Shown here piece by piece: positions 10,900 through 20,245 of a stretch of 64,000 nucleotides of DNA; positions within the stretch are counted from its first letter, which is position 1; every line of letters starts with the position of its first letter. The notes under the pieces are model-generated. The model saw only the letters and a program-made list of their open reading frames with translations. It was not told the origin of the DNA and made no database searches. The stretch is from IMG/VR virus record IMGVR_UViG_3300028299_000004. One strand, given 5' to 3'. The DNA comes from an uncultured virus (IMG/VR IMGVR_UViG_3300028299_000004) (taxonomy: Duplodnaviria; Heunggongvirae; Uroviricota; Caudoviricetes). The translations under genes and the position numbers were made by a program.

Positions 10900-13800
10900 A
10901 TGATTGATAAGAGTTTTCAAATTATAAGAACAAATCCATTATTGACAACGAATTATAAGGTTGTTATTGATTCATCACATTCCTTGTATCTAGAGAGTTT
11001 TGATTCTAATAAGGAATTAAGTACTATAAAATATAAACATTTTGGTATAAATAAGAATTCTTATTTAGAAGATATGGTTCCAAAATTTTATGATGGATTA
11101 CCAAAAGAAAACGCGTTTTATGTAAAATACGATAATGATAATGACTTAGTTTATAGTGATTATAAACAACAATTTGATGATATCTATTACGCTGGATGTG
11201 ATTATATATCAGATACTTGGTATCAGGAAGAATTTCAATATCTCGCCCCACTTTACATAAGAAAAAATTATCTACCAAATGGATTTATAGTACTAAGAGT
11301 TGATGACCCATGTGTTTATAATGAAACAAATAGTGGATATGAAATTGGTAATCTAAATAGAACTAATTTTAGAACCGAAGTTATAGATAAATGGAAATGT
11401 GTTTCATATTTTGATTTATCAGAAACATCTGATATTGGTAATTGGTTAAGGAAGAATTTTACAGAAAATGAACGATTCCCATTAACTCCATTTGAACTAG
11501 ATACTAGAAGAGTTAATTTTTCTAGATGGTTTGGTATGGATTATGAAACTGGTGTATATACAGAAAAACCGATGTACCTAGATAAGAATCTATCAATTGA
11601 TAATCCACATTTTAGATTTGAAAAAATTATTACAGAGGGATATAAAAATAATTCATTAATTTTTCCAAATATTTTAAATTTACAATTTCTATTTGATGAT
11701 ACACCAGCGACTCCAAATGAATTAAAGAAATACTCAATAAATAGATATTATGGTTTTTATGTAGAGAATTTAGAATTTGTTACAAATTTAACATCCTACG
11801 TTACACCAGATTTGATTAGTGGCACAACTCTTATTAATAATATAATTGTTACTGGTATGACTGGATTAACATGGGATGTATGTGATAAAGAATATGATCC
11901 ATATATTCCATCAGTAAATCCTTTTGTAGAAACCTGGAATACAAATAAAAGATATTTTATTTATATTAAGGATGATTTACAAGAAGTTAAACGAGTAAAG
12001 AATGAAGATAATAATGAGTGGATGTATAAGGTTATTTCAGAAGAAACATTAGATTCATATTGGAATACAGTGACTACATATCAATATACAACAAATATAG
12101 AATATGATGAACAATCATATAGTTATTTAAATCCTAAAATAGGAACAAGTTTTTCAATAGATCCATATACTGATTGTAGTGGAAATGATAATGTAATGTA
12201 TGCGGATTTATATTTGATTAAAATAAATGATAGATTACACGTTTTAAAATATTTATCTGGGTCAACGATAAGACTAGTAGATACTGATGATAAAAACTAT
12301 GTGATGAATAAATATTTCATCCAATCCGATTACGCGATTACTTCAGATACTAGTAAATTAAAATATTGGATAGGTGGTGATAACTCCGAATATTATAAAG
12401 AAGTTACAATAGAAAATATCAATAGAAAACCACTAGTTTATTCTGTATATAAGGTTAAATTTTCTGATATTAAGGATTTTGATTTTGATAGAGTTCATAC
12501 AGATTATTCAGATTTTGATTATGAAAAAACAAAATACAATGAAACAGTAGAAGAAAAATTATACACCGATGAATTTAGAGATGAATCATTTCCAAGAGAT
12601 AAAAAAGTAGAACCATCTGGCTCAGAAGCCCAATATAAAATAATGAATATATCATCCGAGTATTCCGCGGGCAATGAATTGTTTGAAATAAATAAAAGTG
12701 GTGATTTGACAGATATATGGAGAAAGAATCAGAGTGTTTGTAAATGGGGGTTTATGGGATCTATATCTCATTCTGATTACCAATATAAATTAAATAATAA
12801 TTTGGAGTTGGGATCATTATTAAATAGATCAGTTGATACATTTTCAACAAGACCAACACCACTTGGTAAAAATTTAGATTATTTTTATAGAGTTGGAAAT
12901 CTATATGACTCTAATGGTGATTTATATTATCTTAATCAGTCAACTAATATACAAACAGAATTTATATCAAAAATAGATTCAAATGGATTAAGCCAAAATG
13001 GTGGTGATAGTTTTAATATGGGGATTTATTTTGAAATAAACGCTCCTAGTAATTTTGATTTTGATTATTTCAATTTCTTCTTTAACAACAATATGTATAT
13101 TCAAGATAATAATTTATTATTTAATAAAACATTTGTCAAATATGCTGTTCTAAATAATGGTACATTACACAGACCTCCTAGTACGGTATTCAAAGGTATT
13201 AAATTCTCAGTATCAGAACTTGTTGATATAATAAGAGATGATGATGGATTTATAACAAGAGTAATAACAAAAACATCAGAAAAATATAATGGATATAAAC
13301 TAAGTATTATTTTAAATGATGTATATTATAATCAACAAAGTGGTATTCCATATGTTGTTAATGGCATTAATAATTATAATGGAATAATAAACATTAACGA
13401 TAATGGTATTCATATTATAATGAATGAAAAATATAAAAATATATTAATAATAATTAATGTGGGTATAATAATTTCTAGTGGTAGTAATACATTTAATAAT
13501 GTGGAGTTATATCATGAAAAAATAGGTCTTTATAAAAATATAGATGTTAACGGAAATATCATTAGTACAAATTATAATCCAAATATGTTAGTCGCTTCAA
13601 ATTTTATTAACGCGTTGAATGATATGAATAATAAATATAGTTTTGATAATTATATTAGATATCATTACATAAAAGAGGAAAATGGAATTACCATCACCGG
13701 ATCAACATCTATTAATGGATCAGATAATATTATTCCACCTAGTTTTATAATAGAAGCTTCAAAACCAGATGAAATAAATATAAAAACTAATTCATATGTG

Positions 13801-15018
13801 GTTTCACCAATTTATGGGCCATCACCATTGAGTCTTTATAGTAAACAAAATATTCTAGCTAATTCTCAAAGAATTAATGAACCACTCGCGAGATCAATAA
13901 TTGTGAATCCGAATATAGATAATACAATTGGTGTTTATACGGATTATAGTAACAAAGTTTTGAGTACAACATCAACAAATAAAATTTATAGACATAGGGG
14001 ACAATATGAACCAATATTTAAAAATATAGATGTTTTTAGACCACAAATATTTTGTTATGATGGATTCTATACTGGTCTTACCGCTGGTACAACAACATAC
14101 GAAAGTGAATTTACATTATCAACATCAGTTGACCAGTCCCTAGGTGATACATTCGCAACCCCAGCTCCATCATGGAGATCTTGGAGAAATACATCATCAG
14201 ATTCAATACATGTTAGTACTTATGGTGCTTATGTAAATGTTCCGATTCCAACATCACCAGAAGAAACAACGTATTATGTTTTATTCAGTGACTTTGATTT
14301 CCCTATTCCAACATTATCAACAATAAATGGAATAACAGTTGATATAGAACGAAAAACACACGAGAGTAATGGTACTGATATTTATGTTAGAGACTATGTA
14401 GTTGGTATTACATCTAATGGTATCAACTTTCAATCAGATTCTCCACTTTCTGATAATAAAGCGGATACTGGTCCATACTGGCCATCAACATTTACAACAA
14501 AAACATATGGTAGTTCTAGTGATAAATGGGGATTAACATGGAATTCAACAAAAATAAATAGTACAAATTTTGGAGTATACATAGCAGTTTCTGTTAGATA
14601 CCAATCGGCTAAAGAGGGTGGAAGTAAAGTGATGCCTGATATTAGAAATGTTTCCGTAACTGTAAATTATGATTATTCTGGTACAACTATTAATTATACA
14701 TCATTTAATAATTTTGATAGAAATTTAAAATTTGATGAAACACTATATAACTTTGGTGTTGTAGATGAACAAATATATTCAAAGGTAAATATAAGTAATA
14801 GAAAGATTCTTAGATTCAAGGATAATAAATATCCTATGGTTGATCAATATGGATATTCATATGATGAGAGATTTATTTTTAAATCAAATTGGGATAATGA
14901 TTTTTACTGGAATACATTAGAAACATTTGAAGATGATGATACAACATTTACAAAACCAGTATTAAAGACAGGTATAAGAACATACAGTGATCCTAGTGGA
15001 CAAATGGGAACAGCGTAA
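10900..15018 (+). CDS. Large putative virion structural protein (1372 aa), baseplate/tail-like
   Basis: Long ORF downstream of 7650 on the same strand; Thr/Ser-rich beta-type C-terminal region. Confidence 0.55.
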   Translation: MIDKSFQIIRTNPLLTTNYKVVIDSSHSLYLESFDSNKELSTIKYKHFGINKNSYLEDMVPKFYDGLPKENAFYVKYDNDNDLVYSDYKQQFDDIYYAGCDYISDTWYQEEFQYLAPLYIRKNYLPNGFIVLRVDDPCVYNETNSGYEIGNLNRTNFRTEVIDKWKCVSYFDLSETSDIGNWLRKNFTENERFPLTPFELDTRRVNFSRWFGMDYETGVYTEKPMYLDKNLSIDNPHFRFEKIITEGYKNNSLIFPNILNLQFLFDDTPATPNELKKYSINRYYGFYVENLEFVTNLTSYVTPDLISGTTLINNIIVTGMTGLTWDVCDKEYDPYIPSVNPFVETWNTNKRYFIYIKDDLQEVKRVKNEDNNEWMYKVISEETLDSYWNTVTTYQYTTNIEYDEQSYSYLNPKIGTSFSIDPYTDCSGNDNVMYADLYLIKINDRLHVLKYLSGSTIRLVDTDDKNYVMNKYFIQSDYAITSDTSKLKYWIGGDNSEYYKEVTIENINRKPLVYSVYKVKFSDIKDFDFDRVHTDYSDFDYEKTKYNETVEEKLYTDEFRDESFPRDKKVEPSGSEAQYKIMNISSEYSAGNELFEINKSGDLTDIWRKNQSVCKWGFMGSISHSDYQYKLNNNLELGSLLNRSVDTFSTRPTPLGKNLDYFYRVGNLYDSNGDLYYLNQSTNIQTEFISKIDSNGLSQNGGDSFNMGIYFEINAPSNFDFDYFNFFFNNNMYIQDNNLLFNKTFVKYAVLNNGTLHRPPSTVFKGIKFSVSELVDIIRDDDGFITRVITKTSEKYNGYKLSIILNDVYYNQQSGIPYVVNGINNYNGIININDNGIHIIMNEKYKNILIIINVGIIISSGSNTFNNVELYHEKIGLYKNIDVNGNIISTNYNPNMLVASNFINALNDMNNKYSFDNYIRYHYIKEENGITITGSTSINGSDNIIPPSFIIEASKPDEINIKTNSYVVSPIYGPSPLSLYSKQNILANSQRINEPLARSIIVNPNIDNTIGVYTDYSNKVLSTTSTNKIYRHRGQYEPIFKNIDVFRPQIFCYDGFYTGLTAGTTTYESEFTLSTSVDQSLGDTFATPAPSWRSWRNTSSDSIHVSTYGAYVNVPIPTSPEETTYYVLFSDFDFPIPTLSTINGITVDIERKTHESNGTDIYVRDYVVGITSNGINFQSDSPLSDNKADTGPYWPSTFTTKTYGSSSDKWGLTWNSTKINSTNFGVYIAVSVRYQSAKEGGSKVMPDIRNVSVTVNYDYSGTTINYTSFNNFDRNLKFDETLYNFGVVDEQIYSKVNISNRKILRFKDNKYPMVDQYGYSYDERFIFKSNWDNDFYWNTLETFEDDDTTFTKPVLKTGIRTYSDPSGQMGTA

Positions 15019-15019
15019 T

Positions 15020-15466
15020 TTACTCTAATCCAATTAATTCATACAGAGTTATCTTATTCTTTATTCCGTAATTTATTTGTTCCATATTTTTTAATGAATC
15101 CTTTAAAAAATCTATATGTATATCATACATATCTTTTCTAAGATCATACATAGATATATCAGATTCTATTAATTTTAGTCTATCTGGACCCTGTACTTTT
15201 ATAGGATATTTTGTTAAATAAAACTCTAGTTTTTTCTTTCTTAATGATTTTAGAATTGGTAAAAATTGATATAATTCATAAGTTATATACTTTATCTCAT
15301 CGGATAATATCTGTTTCTGACTCAGTACATCAGCTTGTAAATCAACAACTTCATTAACTGAACATTTTAATCTAACACTTAATTCTTTTATTGTTTTGTT
15401 CCAATAGTCCTCTTTACTAGATAATTGAGTTTGTAACTCTTTATTCATTTCATCAATGTCTTTCAT
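15020..15466 (-). CDS. uvsY: UvsY-like recombination mediator
   Basis: 148-aa helical protein with UvsY-like C-terminus (IDFLKDSLKNMEQINYGIKNKI), close to uvsW as in T4-like phages. Confidence 0.6.
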   Translation of the reverse strand: MKDIDEMNKELQTQLSSKEDYWNKTIKELSVRLKCSVNEVVDLQADVLSQKQILSDEIKYITYELYQFLPILKSLRKKKLEFYLTKYPIKVQGPDRLKLIESDISMYDLRKDMYDIHIDFLKDSLKNMEQINYGIKNKITLYELIGLE

Positions 15467-15508
15467 AATTTTAATATTTTAATTATTATATTTTTAAATA
15501 CAAATTGT

Positions 15509-16243
15509 TTATATTTTTTTATAAAAAATATTAAAATAATAATTAAACTTATAGTCTATTGAACTCTTAGTTTGATTATAAACAATTTTTAGTTTTGATA
15601 AATTTTCAAATTGATCTATTCTAGATAAACTATAGTCTTTAACAATGTTTACAGAATCAAATAATTTATCATCATATTGACAATTGTATTGAGTTAATAA
15701 TTGTTGAAACATGGTTGATTTATTTAATATATTTTCATATTTTACATAGAAATCTATTTTATCAAATTCATATCTGTTTAATACATTATAATCTATAAAT
15801 TTATATACATTTAAATTTATTCCACCCCTATTTTTAGTATTTATTTTCTTTATAGATTTAAACGATCTAGCTTCTTTTATTTTAACAAATAGATAATCTT
15901 TTAATATTTTTTTTATATCTATTTCTATATTCCATTTTGTATTATTTTCTAAATCTTGTATATTTTGATTTAATATTTTTATGGTATGATACTGTTCTTT
16001 CAAATCACTTAAATTTCTCAAAATAGGAACCTCTAATGTTCCAAAACTTTTATTATCATAATATTGAAACCCATCATTTACACTATCTTGTAATTCGGTG
16101 TACTGTATAGACTTATTATCTATTATTATCGTATCTTCTATGTCTATCAATTTAGAACCAAAGAAACTTCTAACTTCATTCATATTCTTTGTACCATTAT
16201 CAGTTTCCTTATTATACCTTTTTAATATAAGATCATTTTTCAT
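15509..16243 (-). CDS. Hypothetical protein
   Basis: 244-aa ORF with TATATATA motif upstream. Confidence 0.6.
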   Translation of the reverse strand: MKNDLILKRYNKETDNGTKNMNEVRSFFGSKLIDIEDTIIIDNKSIQYTELQDSVNDGFQYYDNKSFGTLEVPILRNLSDLKEQYHTIKILNQNIQDLENNTKWNIEIDIKKILKDYLFVKIKEARSFKSIKKINTKNRGGINLNVYKFIDYNVLNRYEFDKIDFYVKYENILNKSTMFQQLLTQYNCQYDDKLFDSVNIVKDYSLSRIDQFENLSKLKIVYNQTKSSIDYKFNYYFNIFYKKI

Positions 16244-16291
16244 AAAAAACTTTTTATTTTTAATTATATATAAAATAAAATTAGTTACGAA

Positions 16292-17854
16292 GTGAAATTT
16301 AAAATAAACGAAAGTTCTACAAAATTAATATTAAAAGAATCATCCAAAGAGGAATATAATCAACTTAAACTTTATCTAAATAGATATGTTAATAATTATA
16401 GATTTATGCCTAGATATCGTTATGGTATTTGGGACGGCCGAGTTGATTTTTTTGATAATGGGATTATAAATATTGGTTTGTGGAATGAGGTTTTAAGATG
16501 TTGTAAAGAATATGGATATAATTTTGATATAGAGAATAAAGAATTATTCCCGAAAAATCATATAATAACAATGGAAGATGTGGAAAATTTTTGTAAAGAT
16601 TTTTATAAAGATCATAAACAAAAAGAAAATAAAGATAAACCATTTGTACCACATGATCATCAAATTGAAGCTATATTCAAGGTTTTTCAATGGAATTATG
16701 GTTTATTAGAGATTGCGACTGCGGGTGGTAAATCATTAGTTTTCGGAACATTGATATTTTATTATTTAACAAAAATAAATCCAAACGCGAAATTTTTGTT
16801 AATCGTTCCAAATATGAATCTAGTGACTCAATTTTATAATGATTTAATGGAATATAATCTAGGATTTCATATGGAGAATAAAACTCCATTAGATATAAGA
16901 ATAGAAGAAATAATGTCAGATCATCCTAGGAAATACTTTGGTGAGAAAGAACCAAATATTTATATTGGTTGTTATCCTAGTTTAGAAAAAAGGCCAAAAG
17001 AATGGATATCACAATTTGATGTAGTTTGCTGCGATGAGGCACATACTGCCAAGGCGCGCACAATTACAACAATCCTAGAGAAGACTTTTGGCAGCACCAA
17101 AATACGGTTTGGTATGTCTGGTACATATCCAACAGAAGGTTCAGCAGAACTCTTTACAATTGAATCTATGATAGGCCCACGGCTAATGTTGATTGGTACA
17201 AAGAAATTAATAGAGAAAGGTATCATATCAAATGTTAAAGTCAAATCATTGATCCTTAATTATGAGGATAAGAAGTTCGCGGAGAATGTTTTTACTATAA
17301 AACAACATGGTGGTGGAGGAAAAGCGTGGCTATTGGAAAAAGAATACGCTCAAAAATCATTGAAACGAAAACAATTTATTGGAAAACTCATAAAAAAATT
17401 TCAAAATAATTCACTTGTCTTATTTATAAATATTGAATTTGGTAAAGATATGTATAATTATTTTAGAGACAATATAGAAGGAATTGATTTTTATTATATT
17501 GATGGAAGTGTTGATGTTAAAAAAAGAGAACATATAAAACAACAAATGGAAATAACGGACGGAAACATAAAAGTATTAGTAGCGTCTTATGGTACACTAA
17601 GTGTAGGTGTGAATATAAAATCAATAACAAATGTAGTATTTGCGGATTCATATAAATCAGATCAAAAGATTAGGCAGTCCATAGGAAGAGCTTTGAGAAT
17701 TCACAAGGATAAAGAAAAAGCGATAATTTTTGATTTAGTTGATCGTTTTCATCCAGCGTTTAAAAATATACTATATAACCATTATTTGTTTAGAAAGAAG
17801 GAAATTTATAATAAACAAGAGTTTTCACATGATGAAATTAATATTGTTTTATGA
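16292..17854 (+). CDS. uvsW: UvsW-like SF2 DNA helicase
   Basis: YRFMPRYRYGIWDG, ATAGGKS, DEAH, GMSGT, QSIGRALR; GTG start. Confidence 0.92.
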   Translation: MKFKINESSTKLILKESSKEEYNQLKLYLNRYVNNYRFMPRYRYGIWDGRVDFFDNGIINIGLWNEVLRCCKEYGYNFDIENKELFPKNHIITMEDVENFCKDFYKDHKQKENKDKPFVPHDHQIEAIFKVFQWNYGLLEIATAGGKSLVFGTLIFYYLTKINPNAKFLLIVPNMNLVTQFYNDLMEYNLGFHMENKTPLDIRIEEIMSDHPRKYFGEKEPNIYIGCYPSLEKRPKEWISQFDVVCCDEAHTAKARTITTILEKTFGSTKIRFGMSGTYPTEGSAELFTIESMIGPRLMLIGTKKLIEKGIISNVKVKSLILNYEDKKFAENVFTIKQHGGGGKAWLLEKEYAQKSLKRKQFIGKLIKKFQNNSLVLFINIEFGKDMYNYFRDNIEGIDFYYIDGSVDVKKREHIKQQMEITDGNIKVLVASYGTLSVGVNIKSITNVVFADSYKSDQKIRQSIGRALRIHKDKEKAIIFDLVDRFHPAFKNILYNHYLFRKKEIYNKQEFSHDEINIVL

Positions 17855-17896
17855 AAAACTTTTCAATTATATTCATTTATAATTAAAAAATAATAT

Positions 17897-18388
17897 TTGA
17901 TTATGATAATAACAATACAACCTAGTGATCTAATTAAAAGGTGTCTCTGGTCGGACTACAAAAGATTTTGTTTAACTCATTTAACAGATGATGATATTAA
18001 TAAATCAATACAGGAAGATAAACCATTTATTATCTCCGAATCAGATGCGTATGTTATTGGTTTGTTGAAAGTTATAGAAACAGATAAAATAGTATATAGA
18101 TTCAAAATTTTTATTGATGAATTGTTAAAAGTTAGAAGTAATTTATTTGATAGTAAATTATATATCAATAAGAATGTTGTTATGAATGAAGTTAGGGATT
18201 TTAAAAATAGGTTTCCAGAATCATATAAACCACCATTTGAATATAAATTATCAATAGAAGAATTAATTAAATATGTTGATGAATTGCATATAAATATAGA
18301 TGAACTAAAAACATTCAAGAAAATTTTGAATGATAAAACATATGTTTTTGTTTCATCAAACGATGTTAAATCATTGATTAATTCCTAA
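17897..18388 (+). CDS. Hypothetical protein
   Basis: ORF with an AAACT-N17-TATAAT motif upstream; the real start may be the ATG at 17903. Confidence 0.6.
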   Translation: MIMIITIQPSDLIKRCLWSDYKRFCLTHLTDDDINKSIQEDKPFIISESDAYVIGLLKVIETDKIVYRFKIFIDELLKVRSNLFDSKLYINKNVVMNEVRDFKNRFPESYKPPFEYKLSIEELIKYVDELHINIDELKTFKKILNDKTYVFVSSNDVKSLINS

Positions 18389-18956
18389 ATACAATCGAGT
18401 CTTTCATTACCCAGTATGTGACAATATTAAATTCATCACTAGAGAGTTTTGATACATTTGTATCAACGTCTATATGTCTTCTATATTTTAATCTCTCTAG
18501 TGTTGGTTTTTCCACATACAATTCATCTAATATTTTATTACACTTGTAAATATTTTTCTTTGGGTACTTTTTTATGAAATAATAGAAATAATTTTCAATT
18601 AATTCCGCGGTCGCGTAACGTTTTAAAATCATATGTTTTTTTAAATTATTTATCTTATCGTAAGAATAAAAATCTTTTTTTATTTTATCTTTATAATTTT
18701 GAATATCTTCTAGTGTTGATAAATCTTCAATATTAAACCAAATTGATAATGAATCTTGTTCCATTGGTTTTTTTGACATATATTTCCAATTTGGTTTCCA
18801 ATCCTCCTCACCTAATATTTCATAATCCCATGATTTTTCTTCATCATTATATTTCTTTACCGCGTCACCCTTTTTTGGTTTTGGTTCCTTTTTCTTCCAC
18901 GACCTAGTAGTAACATCCCAATACTCATCCTTATCCCATCCATAACTAATAGACAT
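18378..18956 (-). CDS. Hypothetical protein, paralog of 18958..19788
   Basis: Shared C-terminal domain (TLEDI..Y.D....FY...YW...D..VF). Confidence 0.65.
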   Translation of the reverse strand: MSISYGWDKDEYWDVTTRSWKKKEPKPKKGDAVKKYNDEEKSWDYEILGEEDWKPNWKYMSKKPMEQDSLSIWFNIEDLSTLEDIQNYKDKIKKDFYSYDKINNLKKHMILKRYATAELIENYFYYFIKKYPKKNIYKCNKILDELYVEKPTLERLKYRRHIDVDTNVSKLSSDEFNIVTYWVMKDSIVFRN

Positions 18957-18957
18957 A

Positions 18958-19788
18958 TTATTTCCTTCTTTTTCTATTTTCTAGTGTTTTAAATACAACA
19001 CCATCATTTAGTATCCAATAAAAAATAACACCATTATCAAATCCATGAATATCATACATTTCTTTATAAAATGGTATTCTACCCTTTTTTCTAATTTCCC
19101 ACATTTCATCATATGGAATTTCCCCTATGAATCTATATATTTTCATCGCTGGAAAAACTTCGGCTAAATGATTAAAATATCTTTCTATTATATAAGTTAT
19201 CGCTAGTCTTCTTCCCAATATCTTTTTCTGAAATGGATTTAGATTTTTCAATTCATAAAATTTTTTATTTAATCCATCTCTATATTCTAGAATATCTTCT
19301 AATGTGACTAAATTATTTTGTATTTCTTCATCCGAAAAAAATTCATCAACTTTCATAATCATTAACTCTTCTTCATCTAAATCATCTACGATATCTGGTG
19401 CATCCTCATCCTCTTCCTCCTCCATTTCTTCCTCCATTTCTTCCTCTTCATCACTGTGTTGGATCGTCCCATCGAGTCGGAGACCACTATTTTTTGGTTT
19501 TGTTGGTGTTTTTTTGTTCTTTTTTAATATTCTTTTTTTCTCTTCTTCTTCATCAGATTTATATATTAAATTGTATTTAATAAGTGATGGTAAATTCAAT
19601 TTTGTTCCAATATTTGAATCATCTTCATCAAACACAATATAAATATCATCTCCTATTATTTTTTTTATGACGCCTAGTCCTTTTATGGGGTGAAGTATTC
19701 TTTCTCCAACTTTAAATTCTGGTTCATTTTCTTCACCAGTCCAATGTGGATCACCTGTTTTTGTCATTTCAAATATTTTTTTAAACAT
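18958..19788 (-). CDS. Hypothetical protein with SH3/KOW-like N-terminal region and acidic linker
   Basis: FKVGERILHPIKGLGVIKKI, poly-E tract, MFKKIFE leader. Confidence 0.65.
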   Translation of the reverse strand: MFKKIFEMTKTGDPHWTGEENEPEFKVGERILHPIKGLGVIKKIIGDDIYIVFDEDDSNIGTKLNLPSLIKYNLIYKSDEEEEKKRILKKNKKTPTKPKNSGLRLDGTIQHSDEEEEMEEEMEEEEDEDAPDIVDDLDEEELMIMKVDEFFSDEEIQNNLVTLEDILEYRDGLNKKFYELKNLNPFQKKILGRRLAITYIIERYFNHLAEVFPAMKIYRFIGEIPYDEMWEIRKKGRIPFYKEMYDIHGFDNGVIFYWILNDGVVFKTLENRKRRK

Positions 19789-19836
19789 TTATATGTTATT
19801 TTTTTTATATATATTTTATTTTAAATATCATTTTAT

Positions 19837-20052
19837 CTATTCATAACTTTGAATCGCAATCCACTGTAAAATTTCATCACGATCTGTATCATTAAATAAC
19901 CAATATCCAATTCCTCTAATTTTGTCTAACATTATTAATTCATATTTTATTAGATTATCTGATCTTAAATCATTAATACGAACTTTATCAATTATTATAA
20001 TTTCACCACTAGGTATGCCGATTATTTCAATCTTGTCAATAGACTTTTTCAT
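19837..20052 (-). CDS. Small hypothetical protein (IGIPSGEI paralog)
   Basis: Shares IGIPSGEI with 20036..20221. Confidence 0.55.
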   Translation of the reverse strand: MKKSIDKIEIIGIPSGEIIIIDKVRINDLRSDNLIKYELIMLDKIRGIGYWLFNDTDRDEILQWIAIQSYE

Positions 20053-20221
20053 ATTCTATTATTCTTTTTATTACATCTTTTTCATAGTCCTGATAACACC
20101 AATAATTAATATTCTTGTCAAAATAAATATACCCATATGATTCTAATCTATTTCTCATAAAATTAAATACATAGAATATTTCCCCACTAGGTATGCCGAT
20201 TAATTCATTTTTTCTAGCCAT
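20036..20221 (-). CDS. Small hypothetical protein (IGIPSGEI paralog)
   Basis: Shares IGIPSGEI with 19837..20052. Confidence 0.55.
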   Translation of the reverse strand: MARKNELIGIPSGEIFYVFNFMRNRLESYGYIYFDKNINYWCYQDYEKDVIKRIIEYEKVY

Positions 20222-20245
20222 ATATAAATATACTCAAAATTTTTT

